A DNA stretch of 64,000 bases from Octopus bimaculoides (Eukaryota), in contig NC_068991.1 of the NCBI RefSeq assembly GCF_001194135.2, positions 39,146,320 through 39,210,319 on the forward strand, read 5' to 3'. Made by a program: the position numbers and the translations under genes. This document shows, piece after piece, positions 25,501-38,700 of this stretch (position 1 is the first letter of the stretch; each line of letters starts with the position of its first letter). The notes below the pieces were generated by a model that made no database searches, was not told the DNA's origin, and saw nothing but the letters and a program-made list of their open reading frames with translations.

Positions 25501-28500
25501 TCTCTCTCACACACACATTAATTCTATGTTTTAGAAAACAAGAATTGGCAGCTGTCACTAACAGTTATGACAATGTATTAACACCTTCATTGCACATCTA
25601 CAGTCATCAGTATGATGACTATTCTAACTGAAAATGTAGTAAAAGAGTTTAAAATATTGTGGGGTAGTCATAGAATATGTAAAAAGAACAGAAATTTGAG
25701 CTTTGTTAAAAGTTATATTCAAGTTTGCAAATTAAGAAAGAAGCCTCTTCTGAGCCAAGCCCATGCTGTGGCTTCATTCTCTACTAAAATCGCAACACTT
25801 GTATAAAATTTGTATTTTTGAGAAAGGCATACAAATCACAACATCCAATCTACTCTCTTCTGTAAATCTATAGCTTTGAACTCAAGTGAGAAAAGTTATG
25901 AGAAATTCAAATCTTTAAGACTGGAAACAAAAATCTATCCCAGAACTTTTCTCATGATGGATGGCAGGAGTGGACTGAGCCGTCGGTCAATTAGCACTGC
26001 CCAAAGGCCTGGAGCTCTGAGGGGCCCTCACTCTACATTTTAACTGATTTAACTGAAATAACTTCTTTTTTAATAGCAAATATGATTCTAGACAAATTAA
26101 TTTAGTGATATTTTTAATGAGGGTGTAAATGGTCCAGCTGATAAAATATTGGACAACCAGCAGGGAGGATCACCAGCATTCAAGCTAATGAAGGAACCTC
26201 TTGTAGTTGCTTGGCCTCCTAGAAATCGCCACAAGTTTTGCTCAAGTCACATCTAACCATCTTGAAAAATGTTGGATAATGTGGTTCTGGGTTCACTGTA
26301 CATAGGAATAAGATGGAATGGTTACGGCTGGATTACCTCTTATCATAAGCCTATTTGATCTGGATTTACAACAATTTAACTTGCAACAGCAAACTCCACC
26401 TAGATATAAGTAGCATTTACTTTACTAAGAGCACAGATGTGAGTAATGACAGTACTATGTTGGCTTGTAGTACTGGGTTCAATTCTTTCAGTAGGAAAAA
26501 CCACTTGTAATAGTTCAAGGGCTTATATTAAGAGATTCATCTTTCATCTACTAAACACTGAAGAAAAATCAGGAAAAGGCACCAGCCTTATGGAATCTTT
26601 TTAATTATAGCTGTAAATGACTGTAAACTTAGCAATGAAAATGACAGATCTTGCCTTCTTTGAAGACAATAAAGCATAAGTGCAATGGAATGGCATCTAA
26701 GAGGATATAAAGTTGGGTTGCAGCCTTGGCCTCACCAGGAGCTTGGTACTAGCTCCTTAGACCTACCAAGTAAAATATTTTCTTGACAATTCTTTGCTGG
26801 TATAGTAAGATTCTACAGGAAGAAATCGATCCATTTGAAAGCTACTTTAAGAGTATGAATAATTGGCATCACTCACTTGTAAAGGATTTCTTCATATTCC
26901 ATCAGGAAAAAAAAAAATGTAATAAAAATTTGTTTTTACCTTACAAGGCCTTCCTAAAATGAAGGAAAGCTTGGAAGCAATTCCAGATATTAAAAGAATA
27001 AAAGAAATATAATTTCCAAATTCATGTTGAGACAAAAACATGAAAACAGTAGCATACCAGGCATAGGGAAGCAGGCTGTACAGAATATTTATAAATTTAA
27101 ATGTTGTCATATAAATAATATTGTCTTATAAAATGTTTCATTAACAGTATACTTTCTTTATAAATAGTGCAAAATACCTTAATAATATTCAAAAACAAAC
27201 AGTTAACATGTTTGAGAAAAATAACAGTAACAATAGTACAAAAATAAAGTACTCTTAGTAGACCTGGTGGTGGTGGTGGTATCGTCTATTGTCCCCATTT
27301 TGTTTCATTAGTTATATGAGGTTGCTGCTGGTACTAAAGCCCAAAGTAAGCTGTGACAATTCAGCATGATGAATTAATCAAGCTAAGAGTGACAGACATT
27401 CCTAACAGGTTGTGAGCAATTTCAATTAGATAATATACTTACAATAAATATATTCATCAAATCATTTATTTGATGGGTGGAGTTTCTGTACAAAACACAT
27501 TTTTCCTCTCGACTGACATGATTCATTTGTTTTTACTAATGAGTTACATTGTTATTGTTTAACAATCCATATGCCCAATCAACTTAAATAAGATAAGAGT
27601 GTACAAGTGAGTTTTGGAGTATAGGTTAAACAAGCAACAATTTGAGACTGTAATCCTCTTTTGATTCCCACATAACTATTTTACTTTACAAATTTTGTTA
27701 TTACTCTCGAGAAAGTATGTCACAGAACTTTACTAATCAAAAAACCTTGTGTCTACAAAAGAAATCAATATCAATTTATTATGTGTAATTTATTCAAAAT
27801 AATTATCTTTGATTTTTTTTTTAAACTAAAAATCTTTAATTTTATCAATGAGCTTATGCAGAGCTAATGTCTTTTGTAAAAACATTTTTTCAATATGTTC
27901 AGCTTGGAATCAAGTTGTACTAAATACCACTGCATTTCCAACATTCTGTAAGCCAACAAGGGAATTTCTATCTAGCTGTTTGACCAACTAGTAATAGCAA
28001 CTATATTTCCCTCAAATTACTCTCCACTATCTTAAAAAGAAAGACACACACTGGATAATGTAACCCTAGGTATCTGGGCAAAAAAAGACATCTAAAACTG
28101 AATTGAATAACTCAATGTGTTCTTGGTACCTTTATTGAGTAAATTTTGAGTTAAATAGCATAACAACATCTTTTCCAATCTTGCTTTTAGCTAGAGCGAC
28201 TAACCCACAACAATTTAAACTGATTGTTAATCCCAGTTTAATTGATCATTAATCAGTTAACGATCAGTTAAATAATTAACTGATTAATGTGAAATTAATA
28301 ATATGACCAAGTAATCCCCCTCTCTCCTCCATCTCTTCTTGACAAAACTCATGAGGTTAAAGGACACTTTCACAGGTCATCTAATAAAAGAAACTAACTA
28401 TTTAATTATTAATTTTCATGAATATATTTCTATGGCGGTTTTTTTATTTACTTTGTTGCTTTGTTCTTGGGCTTTTAGAAATTTAGGGAAATCATTTGAC

Positions 28501-30032
28501 CCAAACCAGTAAACCTCATATACTGATATTTGGCTTTTATTTTCAAAATTTATAAAAATAGAACTTTCTATTCAAATATATAAAACATATACACATAGAT
28601 AAAATGTTAGGTGTAAGGCACTTTGTGTAAAAAGGAAGAGTTATTTATACTTCATTAAAATCAAAATGTTGAAAGTATAATGTGATGTGAAAAACAACAT
28701 AAGAACTGTAATTTTATCAATAACCAATACTTTTTTAATAATTTTTTATATTTTATATTTTGCTTTACTATGCTATGTTGTGTAGTTATTATTTAGTTTG
28801 CATGGTTCTCAGTGCTCATGCAATGTCACACCACCACTCTCTTTTATACATCAAAACTCTGACCCATTTTTCCACCTCCAATTAAGGAGAGTTCAGCAGA
28901 TAACAGGAATTTTACTTTGTAAATTTACTGGCGTTTTTTTAGAATTTTACACAATGAAGAATCTTTTGAATCAAGAACTGTACTCAAACCAAAGCAATAA
29001 CAAATTCAATTCTTAATTTTGTAATCAACAGATTTTACAATACTCTTTAAATTCAAGTAAAATGACTTGTTTAACTTTTTTGCTTGTCACAATTCTTTTT
29101 GCTATTTTCTTTAAATTACCACAGATATTTATCTTTTGTTTAATGAGTTAAAGTTACCACAGTTTTTAATAAATGCAATAACAAATAAACTTTGTTGTTA
29201 AATTAAAATTGTGCAAAATGCTTCTTGTTATTTGCTCCTTGCTGAACTCTCCTTTTGTAGAGTAAAGTAGGTCAGGGGTTTGATGTATAAATGTGGGTGG
29301 TGGCGCAAATGTGTATGAATGCTTGTTCTTCCCTTTGTAGCCCATCTTGAGAAATAACAGTCTGGGCTAACAGTAACATTACTTTAGTAGAACAAGCATA
29401 CTTTTATGTTCAGCAAAAAAGAAACTGAAAGAATAATTTGTTAGATACACAGTCATATAAACAAACACACAGAGCTATATCTAAATATTTTGATGGTTTT
29501 TACATACATTTTCATAACACTTACAGCTAGTATTGTGTTCTTCATTCTGTGCTGGCAGCAACTGAGTCAGAGCAAGGAAATCTAAATTATTTTGAGGCAC
29601 AAAGACATCAAGAATGGACAATTTGCAAGAAAACATTTTTTTACAACACAAACACACACACAAAATTGACATTTTAAAATAAATTAAAAACAAAGAATGT
29701 TACCTAAGTTGAATTAAAAATAAATATTTGTGTGTAAATATTCTACAATAAAAATATGTTTGTAAATTTATAATTGGGTATTGAATTTCTAAATTCCAAT
29801 AACCCTATAGAAAACATGATAACATTTCTGTGATAAAAATATATTGATATATATATATATGAGATAAATATATATTTTTTCCATTTTCTCTCCTTTCTAC
29901 AAGAACTTACAATAGTTATTAGCACCTAATATCTTTGTTGTGTTAAAAGATATTAAAATAGAATCTAAGAAAGAACTTCTTTCAGTGTCTTCTTCAAACA
30001 AAACTCTCCAATGTTAGTTCTTCAATCAGCCA

Positions 30033-30056
30033 TCACAGAAGAACTTTTTCCAGCCA
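30033..30056 (-). CDS. CAPN: Calpain terminal coding exon: WLEKVLL*
   Basis: Long pyrimidine tract then tttcag|TGG CTG GAA AAA GTT CTT CTG TGA; typical calpain WL..(V/T)L end. Confidence 0.8.
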   Translation of the reverse strand, partial: WLEKVLL

Positions 30057-32202
30057 CTGAAATTAAGAGAAAGGGTAAAAGTAATTTAAAAGAAAATAAT
30101 ACAACTCTCTCACACACACACAATAACCAAAACAGTTTCTGTTCCTAATTGTCATTATTTTAAACCAATTCACTTACACTGAAAATATGTTAGTGAAAGG
30201 CATTAATGCTATACAATCATATTTCTTTCTTTCTCCTATGAATCTGAAACAATGAATCTATTTGAGAAAGGAAAAACAAATAATGTTTCTTTTTTGTTTC
30301 ACACAAGTTAACCCTTCTGATACCAAATTGCCCAAGTATCTAAAATACAAACTTCCTCTCTTAAAGTGATCTAAATTAAAACCTTCCATAAAAATTTCAT
30401 ATTAATTTACATTCCAAAATCCAGTTTAATAATGATAAAGTTATTCTACTAAATTCTTCACTATCACGGAAATTAATTGAAATAAAGGCAGTGTGTTTTA
30501 ATAGGGATTTGGTAATCAAATTAATTATTTAGACCAAAGTAGCAGCACAATGCGAGTTATGTTCATAACCTTCATAACAAATCCAGTTGACCAAATGTCA
30601 TAATTTTGACTGGATATGGAAACCAAGTTATAGTCTAGGTTTGCTTAGAGCTTTCCATCACATCACAGTCTATAAGACTAATGTCAGTTAACCAATATTT
30701 ATCTCATATAAACCTCATGAATAGAGTTAACTATTTTACACTTTCTTAATAATTAAGGAAAATAATTTCTCATATTTACACAAAATTATAGGGAAAGGGG
30801 ATTGGTGGGGTTAGTTGATCCCAACAACCACAATAAATAGAGTCAACATTGTCATTTTAAGACTGTTTTTCCAAGCTTGAATGGGTTGAATGAATGAATC
30901 CTCTTCAACACAGCATCCAGTCACTTACTTCCAATGTAAATCATTGATTAGGAGTTTGGCAATGTTTTACAGGCTGGATGCCATTCCTATCACCATCCAC
31001 TTTACAGTAATAGTACTTACTTTGTTTAACACTTCCTCCCTTGCACCATCAAGCTAATGAATACCATGTTTGTCACAGAATTTTTGTAGTAAGACAGCAC
31101 AAAGACTGATTACCCATTGCTTTTTCTGGAGTGTTTTTGTTGGCTACAGCCAGTTCTGAGAGGGTGAAAGAAAGAAGAATTGACTCCAGTGCTTAACTGG
31201 TACTATATTTATCAACCCTGAATGAATGTAAAGCAAAGTTTATTACAGCAGCATTTGAAGTGAGAGTGCAAAGAACTCTAACAAATACCATAAGGTAGTC
31301 TGACACTAACAACTTGACCAATTCAATATGCTACCATTTTATAAACCATGAACCATGGGGGTCATGAATGTCAAAAGTGACTATGACAGGATCTGATCTT
31401 AAAACAAAGAGGAGTGTATAGTGGGGATTAGATTTAAAACTGTTAGCTCAGTGATGAGAAACAGGCCCCAGCATATCAGGTGACTTGCCCTGGATTCTGA
31501 TCAAAAGTATTTCAGTTGTAATTATAAGACCAATGGAATTTTCCATGAGCTTCCTGCCAAAATAAGGTCATAAATATAAGTGTGCAACAATCAGTGCAGA
31601 AATTGAGAGAAGTCCCACAAAAGACAGGTAAACAGGATCCTTAGTCACTGCTTGACCTTGGGTTAAAAAGAATGACTTCATCTATAATGCATTTCTCTGA
31701 GCACTGACATTCTTAATTCCTACCTCTCACTAACACAAAGATAAGCTATCTAATTCTTAGCCAATATACATACATAATCCACCGCAAGTAATCAGCAATC
31801 CAGCTTCTGGTAAATAACTATTGTAATCGTTGTAATGGCTATGTATAAATAAAAGATTTCCTCAAAAACTTCAAATAGAAAATGGTTTTAATATGGGAAA
31901 AATACCGTCAAAACCAGCCTAACAAAAATATCAATGACACATCTAACCTGTAATAAAGGGATTTAGTTGGTGTCTTCCTTGTTTTGACACTCTACCAGCA
32001 TATCAATAATAATATAAATCATTTCTACTATAGGCATAAAGTCTGGAATTTTGAGGGAGAGGGAAAGTCGACTACAGGGACCCCAGTGCTCAACTGGTAC
32101 TTATTTCATTGACCTTGAAAGGATGAAAGGTATTCTCAACTTCAGACAGACAAAATGCCACAATGCATTTTTCTGGCATGCTAACAATTCTGCTAGCTCG
32201 CC

Positions 32203-32234
<32 letters not shown>

Positions 32235-33441
32235 CCTTTCTACTAAAGCACAAGGCCTGAAATTTGTGGGGAGGGGACTAAGTGATTACATTGACCCCAG
32301 TACTCCACTGGTACTTAATTTATTGACCCCGAAAGGATGAACAGCAAAGTTGCTAATAATAATAATAATAATAATAATGATTTCAATGCAGAACTTGATT
32401 GGTACTTTATTTTATCAACCTCCACAAAAGGTTCTAAGGCAAAGTTGACCTCATACCTCATTGAGATTTGAACACAAAACCTACATGGCCAGAGCAAATG
32501 CTGCAAGGTATTTTTTACCAGCACTCTAATTATTCTGCCTGTTCACTGCCCTTTATAATAATGGTATTAAATGTAGGCACAAGGTCAGTAATTTCTAAAA
32601 GAAGAGGGTCAGTCAATACCATCAACTCCGGTACTAGACTGGTACTTTATCAACCCCAGAAACATAAAAGGCAAAGATGTCCTCTGAGATTTGAACTCAG
32701 AACATAAGGAGCCTGAAGAATACCACAAAGCATTTTCCCAAATGCTAATAATGATGATGATGATGATGATGATCAACCACCTATGTAAGGAAGTTTTAGC
32801 CCATCGTAGAAGGATGGCACAAATGGATTAATCTCTGAGGTGAGATTCTGAAGGAATTTCTTAATGCATTATATTTCACATGAATTCTAAATTTTACTTT
32901 GAAATAACATTTTGTGGATATATTTGTTTCCAATAAATTATCCAGCAGATGTCTTTTTACTCTTTCTATTCAAAATATCAAATTACACAATGCTTTTACA
33001 TTATTATTTCAGTTTTATTATAATAATAATAATAATGGTTTCTCATTTATGCATATGGCTAAAAATTTTGAGAAGAGTAAGACAGTCAACTAACTCAACC
33101 CCAGGATTTAACTGGTATCATTTATAAACCACCAAAGGATGAAGAGTAAAGTTGACACCAGAAAGATTTGAATTAAGAAATTAAAAAGTCAGAACAAATG
33201 CCACAATACATTTAGTTTAAAATTCTTAACAATTCTGCCAACCCACTGCTAATAAAAATAATAATAATGATAATTGGCTGTGTGGTTAGAAGCTTGCTTC
33301 CCAACCACATGGTTCTGGATTCAGTTCCGCTGCATGACACCTTGGGCAAGTTTCTTCTACTATAGCCTCAGGCCGACCAAAGTCTTGTCAGTGGATTTGG
33401 TAGACGGAAACTGAAATAAGTCCATCATATATGTGTGTATA

Positions 33442-33487
<46 letters not shown>

Positions 33488-35617
33488 TTATATTCTTTCA
33501 TTTGTTTTAGTCATTTGACTGCAGCCATGCTGGAGCACCACCTTTAGTCGAACAAATCGATCCCGGGACTTATTCTTTGAAAGCCTAGTGCTTATTCTAC
33601 TATCTCTTTTGCTGAACCGCTAAAATACAGGGATGTAAACACACCAACATTGGTGTCAAGCAATAGCAGGGGCACAAACACAGACACATATGCGTATATA
33701 TATATATATATATACACACACATATATATGATGGGCTTCTTTCAGTTTGCATCTACCAAATCCACTTACAAGGCTTTGGACAGCCTGAGGCTATAGTAGA
33801 AGACACTTGCCCCAAGGTGCCACACACTGGGACTGAACCTGGAACCATGTGATTGGGAAGCAAGCTTCTTACCACACAGCCACTCCTGTGCTGTATATAC
33901 ACAGGGTTGGTCAAATGTCACCCAAAAGTAAATCAAAATTCAATAAATACATAATATTCAATTTTATTTATTCATTCCAATTATGAAGTCGTTCAAGGAC
34001 TTCAGTTTGAACAATTTTCATGATGTTTCATATCTAGATGCTTCTATTAAATTCATTCAGTTGTTAAACATAAATAAATCTTGCAATTAAATGGCTTTGA
34101 TTTACTGTCAGATGACTTTTGGCCAACCTTGTATATATAAGTATATATTTATGTGTGTGTGTATGTTGTGTCTGTGTTTGCCTCCCCCCATCTGTCACCA
34201 TCATTTGACAACCGATGTTGGTGTGTTTACGTCTCCATAACTTAGCGGTTCGGCAGATGAAACCGTAAGAATAAGCACCAGGCTTACAAAGAATAAGTCC
34301 AGAGGTCAATTTCTTCGATTAAAAGGTGGTGCTCCAGCATGGACACAGTCAAATGACTGAAACAAGTGAAAGAATAAAAGAATAATAATAGTATGCCCTG
34401 ATGTAGTACCAAGAAGTGGCTCTCATGACTTCTAATCTTAACTGATTGGAAGTGTTATCATGTCTTGGTATAAAAAGATGGGCTACAGTAAATATTTTGC
34501 TCAAAACCACAGATTTGCTTGTCAGTTGATTGACCTTCACCAAGTGAGCATGTTCGTTAGTGGCTGACGATATGTGCATCTCTGATCATGAGCAGGAGTA
34601 GTGGGGAAGCATTATAGCCAGGTGTTGAGAGGAATTCCTTGGTGTTTGAATAATTTAACTCTGGAAACATGGGTGTTTTGTTCATCACCCTTAAACAACC
34701 CTCGTTCAAGGACCTTTTGAGTGGGATGAGCTACTCAACCTGAAGAAAATTCTAATAGGGCCCCCGCTTGTCTCTTTGATGGCATGCGCTGCTCTCTCAC
34801 TCAATAATAATAATAACAATAATAATAATAAAATAAGAATGGTTTCAAATTTTGCTACAATGGCAGCAACTTTGCGAGAGGGGATGAGTTGATTACATGG
34901 ACACTAGTGTTTAACTAGTACTTATTTTATTGACTCTGAAAAGTTGGAAAGCAAAGTCGACCTTGGCGGAATTTGAACTCAGAATGTAGCAACAGGCTAA
35001 ATACTACTAGGCATTTCGTCCAGTGCACTAATGATTCTGCCTTAATAAAAATAATGACAATAATGACAATAATGACCAACCATTATGCAATATAGTGTCA
35101 ATAATTCAGAACAATTATTCAAGAAAGTTTTGTCAGAAGAGTAATAGTAGTAGTAATCTACAACAGAGTACATTGCCACTACCACTGTTACACAGAAAGA
35201 AAACAACTGTTGTCCAACTTACTTTCTCAATGGTCAAAATGATCTGACCCTTTTGTTGGGAAGCTTTGAATGTATCTGAAAGAAAGAATACAGAGTGATA
35301 ATATTGAGAAAATATATATATATATAATGGGGATACGAAGTAGTGGTGTACATATATCAGATTTACACTTAAGACACTCGTACCAGTGACACGTAAAAGG
35401 TACTCATGCCAGTCTTACATCAGAGGCACCAGTGCCAGTGACACATTAAGAGCACCTATACCAGTGGCATGTTAAAGACAGCATGGGAAACAGATGCTAA
35501 ATGATGATGATGATGGACAAGCCAACGATTGAGCTTTCACATATCCAGTTGATATACAAAAAATATTTGATGACTGCAATCAAATTTCACCCTACTGCCT
35601 TCATAAGAGGAAGAACA

Positions 35618-35709
<92 letters not shown>

Positions 35710-38700
35710 GAACAGTCATGGTCAGAATAGTTTTGATCAAGGCACCCCTACCACATCAACATCTGAGGCTTCATAGGGTATCAGATCAAAGGACAAGCAA
35801 TGCTTTAGTCCTGTTAAAATTTATCTGCACCAAGTTGGTTATACTTCTACAATACACAAAATATTTTAACAATTTTTGGGGACAAGTGAAATTGTAATTG
35901 AACCATACTCGATGACTGGTCACCGCGCCAGTGGAGCACTAACAGCACTGTCGAGCATGTTCATTGCCAGAGCAGCTGTCTGGCTTCCGTGCTAGTGACC
36001 CGTAAATAGCACCATTAGAACGTAATCGTTACCAGCGTTGCTTTATAGCACTTGTGCTGGTGGCACGTTAGAAAATCATTTGAGCGAGGTCGTTGCCAGT
36101 GCTGCTGGACTGGCTCCTGTGCAGGTGGCACGTAAAAAACATCTTTTTGAGCATGGCCATTGTCAGCACAGTGTGACTGGCCCTCGTGCCGGTGGTACGT
36201 AAAAGCACCCACTACACTCTCGGAGTGGTTGGCGTTAGGAAGGGCATCCAGCTGTAGAAACTCTGCCAGATCAGATTGGAGCCTGGTGCAGCCAGTCCTC
36301 AGTCAAATCGTCCAATCCATGCTAGCATGGAAAGCGGACGTTAAATGATGATGATGATGATGAATTCCTTATAATATTTAATTAGAAAAATATAAAATGA
36401 TTTTTTAGATATTGAATGGCTAGGAAGATACATCCAAGTAAAATTGGAATTAAAGGGGTCATAGGTAAAAAATAGTTGAAAAACACTGTTTTATATCATT
36501 AAACATGGCTGTAACGCAACATCCAGTAGCCTTAGCTTTAACATCAATAGCTGTGGGGAAGAAAGTGCGATAGTTTTGGGAAAGCAAGTATGGGAGTTGT
36601 GGGGAAGGGAGAGTGATAGCTGTGGGAAGAATGTGTGAGTCATAGAAGACTATGTATATTCATATATGTGTGCATATGGTTGTGTGCATGTATTTGTAAA
36701 CCTGTATATGTATACTCACACACATCCTTGAAAATATATAAATTTGCAAAAAAGCTTATCCAACATGTAAAACAGTAAAGACAAGGAATAAAAGAAAACC
36801 ATTGGCACAAGTGCCTTTTACATGTCACTGGCAAGGGTAAAAGACACCTGTGCTGGTGACACATTAAGGGTATCCGTGCCGGTGACACTGTTACAAGCAC
36901 CCATGCTGGTGACACATTAAAGGCTCCCCATGCCAACAACATGTTAAAGGCACCCAGTACACTCTATAGAGTGGTTAGCATTAGGAAAGAGATCCAGCCA
37001 TAGAAACCAAGGCAGAGCTGACTGGAGCCTGGTGCAGCTCTCCAGCTTACCAATTCCAGTCAAACTATCTAACCCATGCCAGCATGGAAAATGGATACTA
37101 AATGATGATGATGATGATATCTGAAAAACTGATGGAGTGAGTAAAGAATATACTTGTAGCAGAAACAGTAACAACAGAAGACACTTACTAAAATGTTTCA
37201 TCAAGTTGGTAACACAGAGGAGAAAACTATTCATGTTGACTGTCCAATCTTTGTCTACATAATGGAAGCAAAGTATTCGATGGATGCTGGAACTCATTTT
37301 ATAACCTGTCACATGAAGGAACAATAAAGAATTATTATATGAGCCAATCTGGTTATATGAGATGAAAGACAGAAGCAGCAGCCAAACTACCCTCTACTCC
37401 ATACTATCTTAACAAAGAAGATAGAATGGTTGCAGAGGGAATTCCTTTCCACATCAACAGAACAATCACAATTTTACTTTATCAGACTGGAGGCTGGTGC
37501 AGCCTTCTGGCTTGCCAGTCCTCAGTCAAACCGTCCAACCCATGCCAGCATGGAAAGCAGACGTTAAAATATTATGATGAGTCACTGATTGTACGATTTA
37601 TATTTAACCATTGTCATCATCATCACCATTTAACATCCATTTTCCATGCTGGCATGGGTTAGACAGTTTGATAGGAGTTGAAGAACTACCCATGTCTGTT
37701 TTGGTATGGTTCCTATGGCTGGATGCCCTTTCTAATGCCAATCACTTTACAGAGTATACTGGATGCTTTTACAGAGCACCGGCATGAGTGCTTTTACATG
37801 CTGGTGCCACATAAAAGCACCCATGCCAATAGCATGTAAAAAGCACCCAGCACACTCTGTAAAGTGGTTGGTCTTAGGAAGAGCATCCAGCTATAGAAAC
37901 CATACCAAAACAAACATGGACCCTGGAAAGCTCTTCAGCTGGCCAGCTCCTGTCAAACTGTCCACCCCATGCCAGCATAGAAAATGGATGATGATGGTTA
38001 AATATAAATCTTACAATTACAGCAAACACTATGTTTGTTAACACATTTTATTTTAATGTACTTAATGTGCTATATAGTATAAGTAAATGTGATTTGTTTA
38101 GCTCTTCTATAAACCAGATAAATCTTCTCTTAGAGAGGATACATATCTCAAGTAACATACATAGATGACAGCCAGACGAAGTGAGATATGCAGAATGAGA
38201 TTTACTAAGTAAATATACAATGAAACACCTATAATAGATCTGAGTTCAAGATCTTTGAGCTAATAGTAGTCTAATACTATGTCTATTCAGCCATTTCCCT
38301 AGTATTATGTCCTGCTCTTGGAAATAGAAATGTATGGACTGAATTATTGGGAGCTTGATCTAAGTGCTACTAATGTAGTCATCAATAACAATGTATAAGG
38401 GATAAGGTTTCATTAACTTGCCCTAAATTTGCCCATGGAACACCACATTAGAGATGGCTACAAGCAGGTTTATCATTTTTGAATATTGCATCATTTCACT
38501 TGGAAGTATGGGAATAATCAATTAAAACGAGTTGAAAAGGTCTGAAAATTTGAATATTGGAGGGAATCTTCGCCCCAGAGTTGACTGATACCTTCCATTT
38601 CTGATGATAAACTACACCAAAACAGCAATATAATAGTAATAGCTGTTTTTTAGTTAGGTTAACAAGTAATGTGGCTTGTCCAATACCTCTGGCAGAATAT

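Noticed and set aside
26520-26900. Coding-looking stretch in the SINE-poor region
   Set aside because: Stops occur in all frames, with no recognisable motif or splice-site pair.
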